Shown here: positions 26,524 to 39,257 of the stretch, piece by piece
Layout of the letters: the number at the start of each line of letters is the position of its first letter
Position numbering within the stretch: the stretch's first letter is position 1
Assembly: GCF_009914755.1 (NCBI RefSeq)
Contig: NC_060934.1
Direction: 5' to 3' (one strand)
Length of the DNA stretch: 64,000 nt
DNA from: the human T2T-CHM13v2.0 reference genome, Homo sapiens
The notes under the pieces: generated by a model
The model's database searches: none
What the model was told of the DNA's origin: nothing
Seen by the model: only the letters and a program-made list of their open reading frames with translations
Program-made: the position numbers and the translations under genes

Positions 26524-27060
26524 TGTGATGGTTCATATTAAATGTCAACTTGATTAGATTGAAGAATGTAAAGTATTGTTTCTGGGTGTTGCCAGAAGAG
26601 ATTAACATTTGAGTCAGTGGACTGGGAGAAGACCCACCACAGTGTGGGCAGGCACCATCCAGTCGGCTGCCAGCATGGCTGGAAAAAGCAGGCAGAAGAA
26701 GGTGGCTGAAGCTGACTGGCTGAGTCTTCTGGCCTTCATCTCTCTCCCATGCTGGATGCTTCCTGCCCTTGAACATCAGACTCCAAGTTCTTTAGCTTTT
26801 GGACTCTTGGACCTACACTGGTGTTTTGCCAGGGGCTCTCGGGCCTTCGGCCACAGACTGAAGGCTGCACTGTCGGCTTCCCTCCTTTAGAGGTTTGGGG
26901 ACTCAGACTGAGCTACTACTGGCTTCCTTGCCCCTCAGTTTGCAGACAGCCTATTGTGGGACTTCACCCTGTGATCCTGTGCCTCAGTTCTCCTTAATAA
27001 ACTCCATTTCATATGTATATATATCCTATTCTGTCCTTCTAGAGAATACTTACTAATACA
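26524..27060 (+). mobile_element. MLT2A (ERVL) solo LTR inserted in Tigger2
   Basis: Begins TGTGATGGTT and ends CTAATACA (TG...CA). 5-bp TSD CTGTG/CTGAG. Internal 'gagattaacatttgagtcagtggactggg' and 'ctgcccttgaacatcagactccaagttct' are MLT2A-like. AATAAA at 26996-27001. Confidence 0.9.
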
Positions 27061-27999
27061 CTGAGAAAGGTGTACCTGTAGTCTCTTCAAACAAAAGGAA
27101 GGGGAAGGAACTGAAGCTGGAGAATCTAATCCCAGCAAAGGATGGTTTGATAATTTTAGAAAGAGGCTTGGCTGGAAAAATGTCAAGATAACAGGAGAAG
27201 CAGCTTCTGTCGGCCAAGGGGCAGCAGACAAGTTCCTGGATACGGAAACCATGAAGAAAGTCACTGAGGAGAAAGAGGAGAAAGGATATCTGCCTGAACA
27301 TGTTTTTAATGCAGACATAAGTCCCCTATTCTGAAAAAAAAAAAAAAATGCCACAGGCATGAATTAGGAAGACAAGCAAGTACCAGAATTTAGGGCAGGA
27401 GGGGAGAGGCCAGCTCTGCTGTTCTGTGCAAACACAGTCAGATTATGATCAGGACTGCCCTTATCTAGAAAGCTGCTAACCGCTGAGCTTAAAAGGAAAA
27501 GAAAAACACCATCTTCTCCTTGGTTGTACAAGAAGGCTGGACAAGAACCTCTTTTCTGGGTTGATTTCATCGATGCTTTGTCCCTGTAATCAGGAAGTAC
27601 CTTGCTTCCTGTAAGTGACTGCCTTTTAAAGTTCTGGTATTGGACAATGCCTCTTGGCCACCCAGAACCCCATGAGTTCAACACTGAAGGTGTCAAAGGA
27701 GCCCACTTGCCCCCAAATATGTCTCCAATGCAGCCTCTGGCCCAGAGGCCGTAGGGACCTGGAAGCCTCATTGCATGTGGCACTGTATGGACAGAAGTGT
27801 CAGTGCTGGCGAAGAGAACCTCAGGGGAGAACACCATGAAAGGCTGAGGGATTACACACTAGACGTGCCGTCATGGTTGGCAGCAAGGCTGGGAAAGCCA
27901 CGAAGCCTGAAATGGCACATTCTTGCTGGGGAAAACCGCGTCCAGATGTTGTGTACGACTTCCCAGCATTGATGGCAGCCAATTACGGAAATGATGGAA

Positions 28000-28450
28000 A
28001 AGGAATGGAATCCCATCTCTTGCCACCACCTGGATGGAATGGAGGCCATTATGTTACTTGCAGTAAGCCAGGCACAGAAAAACAAGCATCGCTTGTTCTC
28101 ACTCTTGGGGGCTAAAAAAGTGGATCTCACGAAGATAAGAGCAGACTGGTGGTGACCAGAGGCCAGGAAGTGGGGAGTGCAGGGGGTGACTAATGAGTGG
28201 AAATGCACAGTGAGATGGAGGAAATAAGACCTGGCGTTCAATAGATCAATAGGGTGACTACCTAACGTTAGTCAGTTGCACATTTCGACATAGCTAGAAG
28301 AGAGTCATTCAATGTTCCTAGCAGAAAGAGAAGAAATAGGTTGATGGGCATCCCAGTTACCCTTACTTGATCTTCACACGTTATACGAGTGTATCACATT
28401 ATCACATGTGCCCCCAAAATATGTACATTTATTATATATCAATTAAAGAA
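28000..28450 (+). mobile_element. L1MA-type 3' end fragment inserted in Tigger2
   Basis: 'tggatggaatggaggccattatg...taagccaggcacagaaaaacaag...ttctcactc...tagctagaagagag...aatatgtacatttattatatatcaattaaa' matches the L1MA 3' UTR pattern. Confidence 0.85.
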
Positions 28451-30139
28451 ATTGTGGAGATAGCAAAAAAGATGAGGGTGAAGAGTTTCCAGATACAGGC
28501 CTTGGAGAAATTCAAGAGCTAATAGACGCTGCACCACAGCAATGAACAGGAGAGACTGAGGGAGATGAGTGTTTCCAAACCAGGCCACGAGGAGGAGAAA
28601 GACGTAGAGGAAGCAGTGCTGGGAAAGAAGGTGACCCGGGACCCTGGCAGGAGCATTCCTGTCATTCAAGCTGCCTTTGCCCTCTGTCAGGACATGGGCC
28701 CTTCTATGATGCAGGCATGGAAACTAAAGCCAGCGCTGGAAGGAGGATTGGGACCGCACAGAAAGTTTAGAGAAATGAAAGAGCAACGTCAGGCAGAAAT
28801 TACATGTATGTCCGTCACGTTACACCGAGTGTGCCTGCCTCCCCTGCCTCCCCTGCCTCCTCCCCCACTTCTGCCTCTGCCACCCCTGAGACTGCAGGAC
28901 CAGCTCCTCCTCCTCCGTCCACAACCTGAAGAGGGGGAGGACAAAGGCTTTATGAGGATCCACTTCCACTTAATGAGTAGTAAATAGATTTTCTCTTCCT
29001 GATGATTTTCTGTCTTACTGTAAGACTACAATATGTAATATAACATACAAAATATGCGCTAATTGAACGTTAATGTTACCAGGAAGGCTTCCCGTCAATG
29101 GTAGCCTATTAGTAGTTCCATTTTGGGGACGTCAGAAGCAATATGTGGATTTTCAGCTGCGTGGGGCATCAGCGCGCCGTAAACCCCACGTTGTTCAAGG
29201 GTCAACTCTGTAAACAAACCACAGAGACTAAGGACAATGCCGGTTTCCGTGAGAGGACTGGCCCTTTCCTCTGTGAAGCACATAAATGGGGACAGGTTTT
29301 ATCACCTTCATCCCGGCAGGGCTTGCGCTGGGTGGAGACTGGGTCGCAGCTTCAGTTACTCCTGGTCAGCCTCTGCCTTTGGCAGGCTGGTGGGTGAGAC
29401 CTGTCCTGGGCTTGCTGTGAACCCGAGATTTCACCCTGTCTCCAGAACAGCCTCTCAGCTTCCTGTGCTGGTACCAGACCCTGAAAATAGTCTGGGGGAC
29501 CAGCCGTGCCTCTGATGCCCTAGACCCTGCCCCAGGGCCTCCAGCAGCCCTGCTTCCTGTCTGTGACGCCCTGGGCCTCAGCCTGGGCAGGCCGGGATGC
29601 AGCAGCTCCAGTCCCCCTCGAGGCCCTCCAGGGCTGCCCCTGGCTCGCAGCCTCACACGCACCCCGTGACTCCTGCGTCTCCTCTGACTGCTGCGTCTGG
29701 CCTTCCCTGGTGGCTACAAGAGCAGGAGGTCATCGCTCACCTGGCCCAGAAGTCGCACTTCATTCACTGCCATCTTTTTAAAAGAATCACTCTGCTTTAA
29801 TTATGCTTCTTAAAACAGTGTACAGGAAAAACTCCAAGCCTGTTAGGTTGTGTTAAAAAATACAGCTGATAGAAAATTCCAGGTTATTCACATGTAATGT
29901 GGTAACCACACACTTGCTTGCATTCCCTCCATCTTTGTTTTGATCAAGTCTCTTCATTCCATTGTTCTTGGGAACCTGCAGTCCCTCTATGCTCTTCCAT
30001 TCCCCCACTTTCTCTCATATCAGACAGATATTTCTCTCTTAATTTTTGAAAATTGGGCTTTCTCTTCCCTTCCTTTTCTTCTCCCCTGCCTCGGCTGAGG
30101 CCTTTAGAAGTCCTGATGTCCTGTTTCCCTCCACCGTCT

Positions 30140-30615
30140 CAGTTATCTGTTGCTGTGACAGACCACTTAGTGGTTGAAAACAGCAGCCTCCCCCTGATCT
30201 CAGAATGCTTTGGGTTGACCGAGCTCAGCAGGGCGGCTCTCCCGTCCTCAGGCTGTCCGTGGGGGCACCAGCGATCTGATGGCCGGGCTGAGCTGAGACG
30301 TGCAGGACGGCACCCTCACACACCTGGCGCTCTGGCCAGGTGGCCTGGAAGGTTGGTCTCAGATGGGATGCTGGGATCACTGGAACTACCTTTCTCAGGA
30401 CGTCGCTGGCTCCAATGGTCCCTCCCTGGGGTCTCTAGCAGGGTGCCTGGCCTTCCTCCATGGAGGCTCAGGGCTCTAAAAGTGCAGAGTGGGAGTGTCC
30501 AGGCCTTCCAAAGGCTTGGGCCTATCCTGGCATGCCCCAGTTCCTCCGTATTCTCCTGGGGAAGGTGAGTCCCAGGGCAGCCCAGGTCTCTGTAGAATGA
30601 CAGGCAGCGACCACA
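30140..30615. mobile_element. Old MaLR LTR (MLT1-type) remnant
   Basis: 'ttatctgttgctgtgacagaccacttagtggttgaaaacagc...ctcagcagggcggctct...ccatggaggctcagggctc' resembles the MLT1 family. Confidence 0.55.
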
Positions 30616-32285
30616 GCCTGCCTCCTGCCCTGTGCGTGGATGCTGTGAGTTGTCCTGGGCTGGATCCGGAAGTGCTGAGTCTCATCCTTGTCTCTCTGAG
30701 TCGATGTTATTGTTCTGTCTTCTGGCTCCCAGACTTGTGGAGGCGCAGCCTGGGTCAGCAGGATTCTGTAGAGGCATCTCCTGTCTGTCTGGAGGCCATG
30801 GTATACTCACCAGCCTTTGAGTTCAGGTCTTTCTCTTCAGCTACACCGGGACGTCAGGAGCCCCTGGGCTGTGGGTGCAGCTCTTCCTCCATTTCAGGAA
30901 AGCTGTTTGCTTCTGTTCTTTCAAAAATAGCGGCCTCTCCTCCACCTGCTCCCTCTGTCATTCAGGGGCCCCTTTGATGGATTGTTCAGCTCTGGCTGTG
31001 TCCCCGAGCCACACTCTTTCCATTTCCTTCCTTTTGCTCAGTATTTGTGGACTTTTTTCTACTTCCTCTTCCACACTTTTCCTTTGGATGCCAACATTCG
31101 CATCCTCTCTGTCGGTTCATTTGCTGATGTGTCCTTGGAAAACCCTTTATTTCTTGGCTCTAGAAGTCTCGTGTGGGGTGTGCCGTGCTGGGGTCCCCTT
31201 GGGCCCTGGCTGGTGCTGCTGGTGCCATCTCTCTGGCACGGGTCTGTTTGACTAAAGTACCCTTCCCTCGGGAACTGGTGCCTTTAGATGGGAGGCGATT
31301 CTTTGGTGGCTCCTTGGGTCAGGCCCGGCTTGGGTCAGGCCTGGCTACCAGCCATGGGTGGTGCGTCAGGGCCCTCCCTGCTCTCTGGCCAGTGCTGCGG
31401 ACATCGCCCCTCTGGGCAACACGTGCACAAGCACCACTCCATGTCCTGGCATCTCCAGGATGGGGTGTGGGTGCCTGGAGCTGGGTCTTCATGGGAGACA
31501 GGAAGAGTGAGGTGCACCCACCACGTGGTGCCCCCTTGTCCGACTCTTGTCTGGGGGATTCCAATTGGGGTCCCCTGAGACCTTTTGTTTTTATGAACCT
31601 GCCAAGATGCTGCCCACCTTTCACTTGAAGCCACCAATCACTGCTTCTGCTGTGACACAGAAGTGCGCCCTGTGTTGGCCTCAGGCCCTGGGCACAGCCC
31701 AGCCTGAACATTGCCGTCTAATCAAAGTCCTGTGGGTCAAGGAGCTTTCATGACAAGGTGCTGCTGGATGGGCCCTGGGGAGAGGCTGCATATTCCGTAG
31801 GGAGGACCGGGCTCCTGGCAGAGGCAGCAGCTGGAAGGCGGGGTGGAGGCAGGGATGAGCTGGCCACTTGTTCTCCGGGAGGGCCCGCCATGGGAATCCA
31901 TGTCCTCCTGCCTGTCTTCCGGAGGCCACCTTCATGCCCTCATTTTCCACATCACCCTTCCCGTGGTCATCTGCCCTCTCTCACCCTCTAAACCCCGACC
32001 TCACTCTGTGAGAGGCCCCATTTCAAGGGGAGCGGGAGAGCCTGCCTCCCGGATGGCAGTGGCGGGTAATTGCTGCTGGGCAGGGTAGAGGAGCTGGCAC
32101 AGAAGCCACCACCCAGACCCCTGCTTGGAAGGTGCTTACAGGCTGGTGGGGAAACGGTGCTGGAGGCCCTGGCACCCACCCTCCACCCTGTGACTCAGCC
32201 CATCTTCTGAACGTGGCCCTGCTCCTGATGGGGCCCTGCAGCCAGCAAGTCCCTGCGGCCTCTCTGGATCCTGTAACCTCTTATA

Positions 32286-33860
32286 GATTTCAGGTGTCTG
32301 GGCAGGAGGCGCCCCTCTCCCTGGTGGATTTGGGATGTCTGGGCAGGAAGCCCTCACTCCCTGGTGGATTTGAGGTGTCTGGGCAGGAGGCAACCCTCTC
32401 CCTGGTGGATTTGTGGTGTCTGGGCAGGAAGCCCCCCTCCCTGGTGGATTGGGGGTGTCTGGGCAGGAAGCCCCCACTCCCTGGTGGATTTGAGGTATCT
32501 GGGCAGGAGGCCCCCCCTCCCTGGTGGACTTGGGGTATCTGGGCAGGAAGCCTCCCCTCTCTGGTGGATTTGGGGTGTCTGGGTGGGAGGTGCCCCTCTC
32601 CCTGGTGGATTTGGGGTGTCTGGGTGGGAGGTACCCCTCTATCTGGTGGATTTGGGGTGTCTGGGTGGGAGGTGCCCCTCTCCCTGGTGGATTTGAGGTG
32701 TCTGGGCAGGAGGCAACCCTCTCCCTGGTGGATTTGTGGTGTCTGGGCGGAAGCCCCCCTCCCTGGTGGCTTTGGGGTGTCTGGGTGGGAGGTACCCCTC
32801 TATCTGGTGGATCTGGGGTGTCTGGGTTGGAGGTGCCCCTCTTCCTGGTGAACTTGGGGTGTCTGGGTGGGAGGTGCCCCTCTATCTGGTGGATCTGGGG
32901 TGTCTGGGTTGGAGGTGTCCCTCTCCCTGGTGGATTTGGGGTGTCTGGGTGGGACATACCCCTCTCTCTGGTGGATTTGGGGTGTCTGGGTGACAGGTAC
33001 CCCTCTCTCTGGTGGATTTGGGGTGTCTGGGTTGGAGGTGCCCCTCTCCCTGGTGGATTGGGGGTGTCTGGGCAGGAAGCCCCCACTCCCTGGTGGATTT
33101 GAGGTATCTGGGCAGGAGGCCCCCCCTCCCTGGTGGACTTGGGGTATCTGGGCAGGAAGCCTCCCCTCTCTGGTGGATTTGGGGTGTCTGGGCAGGAAGC
33201 CTCCCCTCTCTGGTGGATTTGGGGTGTCTGGGTGGGAGGTGCCCCTCTCCCTGGTGGATTTGGGGTGTCTGGGTGGGAGGTACCCCTCTATCTGGTGGAT
33301 TTGGGGTGTCTGGGTGGGAGGTGCCCCTCTCCCTGGTGGATTTGAGGTGTCTGGGCAGGAGGCAACCCTCTCCCTGGTGGATTTGTGGTGTCTGGGCGGA
33401 AGCCCCCCTCCCTGGTGGCTTTGGGGTGTCTGGGTGGGAGGTACCCCTCTATCTGGTGGATCTGGGGTGTCTGGGTTGGAGGTGCCCCTCTTCCTGGTGA
33501 ACTTGGGGTGTCTGGGTGGGAGGTGCCCCTCTATCTGGTGGATCTGGGGTGTCTGGGTTGGAGGTGTCCCTCTCCCTGGTGGATTTGGGGTGTCTGGGTG
33601 GGACATACCCCTCTCTCTGGTGGATTTGGGGTGTCTGGGTGACAGGTACCCCTCTCTCTGGTGGATTTGGGGTGTCTGGGTTGGAGGTGCCCCTCTCTCT
33701 GGTGGATTTGGGGTGTCTGGGTGGAACGTACCCCTCTCCTTGGTGGATTTGGAGTGTCTGGGTGGGAGGTACTCCTCTATCTGGTGTATTTGGGGTCTCT
33801 GGGTGGGATCCCCCTCCCCTGGTGGATTTGGGATGTCTGGGTGGAGTCCCCCTCCCCTGG
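32286..33860. repeat. ~40-bp minisatellite (CTGGTGGATTTGGGGTGTCTGGG[T/C][G/A]GGAGGTGCCCCTCTCC), about 39 copies, with a higher-order duplication
   Basis: Tandem units are directly visible. ORFs 32736-32993 and 33385-33642 are identical at a 649-bp offset. Confidence 0.97.
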
Positions 33861-34282
33861 TTCCTGCTCTGCTGTTCTCTTTGCCTCCCTTAGCTACTGA
33901 GTGAGTACCGTCTATGTTGACTTCCAGCTCAGGGCGTCCTGAGCTTCTGGGACTTCTCATTTTTCTGCCGAGCTGCCTTGGGAAGGGAAAAGGGAGGCGA
34001 CAGCCCAGAGCCAGGCCTGAGAACCCCCAGGGGCAGGAACTGTGCTGCAGAAGGCAGATGGTCTGGGGTGGTCGCAGGCCCACGGCTTGGAGAGAGCAGC
34101 AGCCGCAGCAGGGAGCCAGTGCGTGAGAAACGTGAATGTGGTTGGCGGATGCTCTCAGGGGGTCACAGGCGGTGTCCCAGGAGTGCTGATGGGCGTCACC
34201 AGCCCTGGGGCCCCAGGACGCAGGCCCCGCCTCCCGTGAACCGACTTCACCTGCAGGTGGCGCTCCAAGGCCAGGCGTGGCG

Positions 34283-36046
34283 CGGGCTCATGCGGGGGCG
34301 GGGGGATTCGTGCGCGGGCGGGGGGCTCATGCGGGGGCGGGGGGCTCATGCGGGGGGCTCATGCGGGGGGCGGGGGCTCATGCGGGGGCGGGGGCTCATG
34401 CGGGGGGCGGGGGGATTCGTGCGCGGGCGGGGGGCTCATGCGGGGGCGGGGGGCTCATGCGGGGGCCGGGGCTCATGCGGGGGCGGGGGGCTCATGCGGG
34501 GGCGGGGGCTCATGCGGGGGGCGGGGGAATCATGCGGGGGCGGGGGCTCATGCGGGGGGCGGGGGCTCATGCGGGGGCGGGGGCTCATGCGGGGGGCGGG
34601 GGGATTCGTGCGCGGGCGGGGGGCTCATGCGGGGGCGGGGGGCTCATGCGGGGGCGGGGGGCTCATGCGGGGGCGGGGGGTTCATGCGGGGGCGGGGGGC
34701 TCATGCGGGGGCGGGGGGCTCATGCGGGGGCGGGGGGTTCATGCGGGGGCGGGGGGCTCATGCGGGGGCGGGGGCTCATGCGGGGGGCGGGGGGCTCATG
34801 CGGGGGCGGGGGCTCATGCGGGGGGCGGGGGGTTCGTGCGGGGGCGGCGGGGTTCGTGCGGGGGCGGGGGCTCATGCGGGGGCGGGGGGCTCGTGCGGGG
34901 GCGGGGGGCTCGTGCGGGGGCGGCGGGGTTCGTGCGGGGGCGGCGGGGGCTCATGCGGGGGCGGCGGGCTCGTGCGGGGGCGGGGGGCTCGTGCGGGGGC
35001 GGGGGGCTCGTGCGGGGGGCGGGGGGGCTCGTGCGGGGGGCGGCGGGGTTCGTGCGGGGGCGGCGGGGTTCGTGCGGGGGCGGGGGGCTCGTGCGGGGGC
35101 GGGGGCTCGTGCGGGGGCGGCGGGCTCGTGCGGGGGCGGGGGCTCGTGCGGGGGCGGCGGGCTCGTGCGGGGGGCGGCGGGGTTCGTGCGGGGGCGGCGG
35201 GGTTCGTGCGGGGGCGGGGGGGTTCGTGCGGGGGCGGGGGGGCTCGTGCGGGGGCGGGGGGCTCGTGCGGGGGCGGGGGCTCGTGCGGGGGCGGCGGGGT
35301 TCGTGCGGGGGCGGCGGGGCTCGTGCGGGGGCGGCGGGGCTCGTGCGGGGGCGGGGGGCTCCGTGCGGGGGCGGGGGGCTCCGTGCGGGGGGCGGGGGGC
35401 TCCGTGCGGGGGCGGCGGGGTTCGTGCGGGGGCGGGGAGCTCGTGCGGGGGGCGGGGGCTCGTGCGGGGGCGGGGGGCTCGTGCGGGGGCGGGGGGGCTC
35501 GTGCGGGGGCGGGGGGCTCGTGCGGGGGCTGCGGGGTTCGTGCGGGGGCGGGGGGCTCGTGCGGGGGCGGGGGGGCTCGTGCGGGGGCGGGGGGCTCGTG
35601 CGGGGGCTGCGGGGTTCGTGCGGGGGCGGGGGGCTCGTGCGGGGGCGGGGGGGTTCGTGAGGGGGCGGGGGGCTCGTGCGGGGGCGGGGGCTCGTGCGGG
35701 GGCGGGGGCTCGTGCGGGGGGGCTCATGCGGGGGGCGGGGGGCTCGTGCGGGGGCGGCGGGGTTCGTGCGGGGGCGGGGGGCTCGTGCGGGGGCGGGGGC
35801 TTATGCGGGGGCGGCGGGGTTCGTGCGGGGGCGGGGGGCTCATGCGGGGGCGGGGGGCTCATGCGGGGGCGGGGGGGCTCATGCGGGGGCGGGGGGCTCA
35901 TGCGGGGGGCGGGGGGCTCATGCGGGGGGCGGGGGGCTCATGCGGGGGCGGGGGGCTCATGCGCGGGCGGGGGGGCTCATGCGCGGGCGGGGGGGCTCAT
36001 GCGGGGGCGGGGGGCTCATGCGGGGGCGGGGGGCTCATGCGGGGGT
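34283..36046. repeat. Extremely G-rich VNTR, 18-20-bp unit GCGGGGGCGGGGG(G)CTC(A/G)T, about 90 copies
   Basis: About 1.76 kb, nearly pure G/C, strongly strand-asymmetric. Source of the Gly/Ala/Arg ORFs. Confidence 0.97.
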
Positions 36047-37565
36047 GAGGGGGCGCACCACGGAGCCGCCTGCAGGGGCTCGGGGGCTCTCATTGAGGGA
36101 AGCAGCTGCCCGGCCCTGGAGGTCCCACGCCAGGCCATGGCAACAGGGTTAGCATTACAGGGCAACGTCTCAGGCTGAGAAAGCAATCGGCCAAAACTCC
36201 GGCCCTCCTGGCTCCCTCAAGGAAGCCTGGCTCATCTCCTGTGTGGATCCCTGAGTCCTGCACCCCAAGTGAGCCCAAAACAGGAGGGCCAAGCCCACAA
36301 ACGTCCGTGGGCAGCCGGCCAGGGAAGGTGCCGTTCAGGCCCCATGCGCTCGGTCCGGGTCTCAGGACACACAGCGCAGAACCCGGCGTGGGCCTTGGGG
36401 CGTGAGGCCAGAAGCGGAGTTCACGTGACCTCAAGGACACCCTGCCGGACTTCCCCAAGTGCTGGCCAGGCCTTGGGGGCAGCTGGGCTCAGGTCCCCCT
36501 TGTCACTGTTGGAAGCTGGCCCTGCACCCACTACACTCACCAGTTCCTCCGTGGGGTCAGGAGGCTGGGGAGACCCCTCAGGGCTGGAGCCCAGTGTGGG
36601 GGCTGCTCTCCATCCAGGGCTGGAGCTGTCAGGGTGCTGCCTGGCTGCTCCCTCCACCCGGGAAGGAATGAGGCCCTCCCAGCAAGCTCTGCTCCCCTCA
36701 GGCCCCAGGCTGCCCAGAGGCCCCCCAGTCAGCCTTTCTCAGCCAGAAGGTGTTCATTTCTGTGCACCTGGGAGAACGCAGGCGACAGCCTCCAGCGCCC
36801 TCCAGCCCCAGCCCAGGGGATCCTGCTCCTTCCTGCACCTCCTCCCTCAGGCATCCTGTGGGGGACAGCACGAACACCTGGCCTCTCCTGGCCACTGGAG
36901 GAGGGCAAGGACAGGAGCCCCGCAGCCCAGCCCAGCTGCACGCTGCTGCACCTGCTGACACACCAGTGCCTCCCTAGATCCAGCACAGGGCTCTGCTCTC
37001 GGCCCTCCAACCACACCTCGGAGAGCCCCACTCTGTCTGTGGGTCTGCCTGGGGTCTACACCTCAGCTCAGGACAACCCTGAGGTCACCTGGACTCCGTG
37101 TCTGTCCCCACGCCCCAGGGCTCATGCCAGGTTCTGCATGTGGAGGGGTCGGGACAAATGCATAGCCACACCCACCAGGAGGAGGGTTTGAGGGGAAAGA
37201 GTTTGCAGGGAGGCCCCTGGGCCCCAGGCCACCACACTGTCTCCCCTAGGAGTCTCTGCCTGGAGGGAGCAGCACAGGACCCTTCCTACCTACCCCCTCC
37301 CCACCGCCCGCCCCGCTCTGGACACAGGCTAGCTCCTGCTCGTTAGGTGAGTGGGAGGTCAGGGTCGGGGAGCAGAAGGCATGAAGGTGCCTTTGCAAGC
37401 TGGGCGTGAAATGTGAATATACCCTGAGAGGGTTTTCTCCAAGTATCCCAGATGTGGATAACAACTGGTTTAATGATGAAATATCATGGTGTTTTTAGCA
37501 AACAGAAGCCCCGCCTTCTAGTATGAGGTTTGGCAAAACTGTCAGATTAAAAAATAAACCCACAA

Positions 37566-37856
37566 GCAGGGCATGGTGGCTCAAGCCTATAATCCTAGCA
37601 CTTTGGAAGGCTGAAGTGGGAGGATCACTCGAGTCCAGGAGTTCTACACCAGCCTAGGCAACATGGCGAGATTCCGTCTCTACTAAAAGTAAAAAATCTG
37701 CCAGATGTGGTGGCTAACACCACCAGATACTCAGGAGGCTGAGGTGGGAGGATTGCTTAATCCCAGGAGTTTTTGAGGCTGCAGTGAGCCATGATTGTGC
37801 CACTGCACTCCAGCCTGCACGACAGAGCAAGACCCTGATTCATTTAAAATAAATAA
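37566..37856 (+). mobile_element. AluJ-type element
   Basis: Diverged dimer with 'gggaggatcactcgagtccaggag' and 'gaggctgcagtgagccatgattgtgcc'. Confidence 0.9.
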
Positions 37857-39257
37857 GTCCCTACAGCAAAGACTTCTCATGAGGTTGGTGAGGTATCTTA
37901 CAAAATGACACCCCAGGAGGTGGCCTGGGGCTCTGGGCAGTGTTTAACTGTGGAAGTTTCTCATGGTGTCCATGGCTGTATTGACAGAAAGGTGCTAGTC
38001 TGGCTGTGGGGCCCACAAGCATGGGCTCTGTGAAGGGAGACCCCAGCCTGGCAAGGCCAAGGGGCCCAGCGTCCACCCAGAGTGCCTCTGGAAGATGCAT
38101 CAGGACACAGCTCGGCTGCCTCCCTCACCTCGTCCTCCTCCGCACTCAAACTCCAGAAAGCAATCAGAGAAGACTGCCGTCTGGGAGGTGCCTCTCCTGG
38201 ACTGGAAGCGCCCGAGTGCCTGCTGTGTTCCAGGTGCCCGGACCCTAGAGTGGTGGGCTCGTCTCCAGCAACCTCCACAGCAGGCACCCTGGAAGACCCT
38301 AGGGCAGGAGTGCAGCTTCACCTCCCTGTGGACCAGCAGCTCCAGGGGCCTCCAGCTTTTAAGTGCTTCCCAGTCTGTGTGAGCTGCCCAGGCCAGGCAG
38401 GGGCCTCCCGGTCTGTGTTTGCTTCCCAGGCCAGGGGCTTTTATGGGAACGTAAGCTTTAGGACTCTTATTCTGTGACAGGCCACTTCACACTGCACCTC
38501 TTCGTGGAGAACCTCACCAGGAACGTGCCAGCGTCCTTGGTCGTGGGTTCTTCTGAGAGAGATCCATGTCTGGCCAAGCCGTTTGGATCAACATGGGGGA
38601 GGCTTTTCCTCTCTCCAACATTAGGACCTCAAGGGTTAACTTCAAGCCAGGAAATGAGGACTTTAGATCCTGGGAATGGCCTTCGGAGGAGAGAGCTTAC
38701 AACCTGCTAAGCGAGGCTGCTATGTTGCCTGTGATCCCAGGGGCCCTGGGCTGGGTTCGGGTGTTGTGGATTGGTTCTCTGGTCATGGAGAACAGCACGG
38801 GTCTTGCTGAGAAACAGCCAGCTCCTTCAGAAACAGAAGGGTCACACATCCACTGTTTGGAAACCAAAGCAGTTGTCTGGGGATGGGATGCCCCACCCTA
38901 GAAATATCTTTGCCCAGATGCTGCAGCCACAGGGCCTCTCGAACCTGAGTCTGGAAGGGATTCACAGCCACTGCTGAGAGCCAGCCTGGCCCTGGGGGCT
39001 GCCTTGGCTCCCCTGCCAAGGATGTGGGAGAGCACAGGTTATGGGGTCAGAGGAGGCTTCAAGAGCAGCTACCTGGGAGCCACTCACCTGCCTGGCTTCT
39101 TCCGCATCACGGGCCTCAGCCAGATACCAGCAGGGGCAGATTGCACACAGAGCATGTGGGCACAGGGTTTGCATCTCCTACCTGGCCCTGAGCATAGCAC
39201 AAGGCCTCAGGTGTACCCGAGGATCCCACTGAGGGCCCAGCTATACAAGTATCATGA

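Noticed and set aside
26231-28987. Domesticated Tigger-derived (TIGD-like) gene
   Set aside because: The transposase is broken by stops, frameshifts and LTR/L1 insertions.
32286-33860. CTCF array (CCACCAGGGAG on the minus strand)
   Set aside because: It lacks the GGC/GGCGC end of the CTCF core, so the match is too weak to claim.
33978-36178. 560-633-aa Gly/Ala/Arg ORFs in all three frames
   Set aside because: Artefact of a G-rich tandem repeat. No evidence of transcription or a promoter can be read from the sequence.
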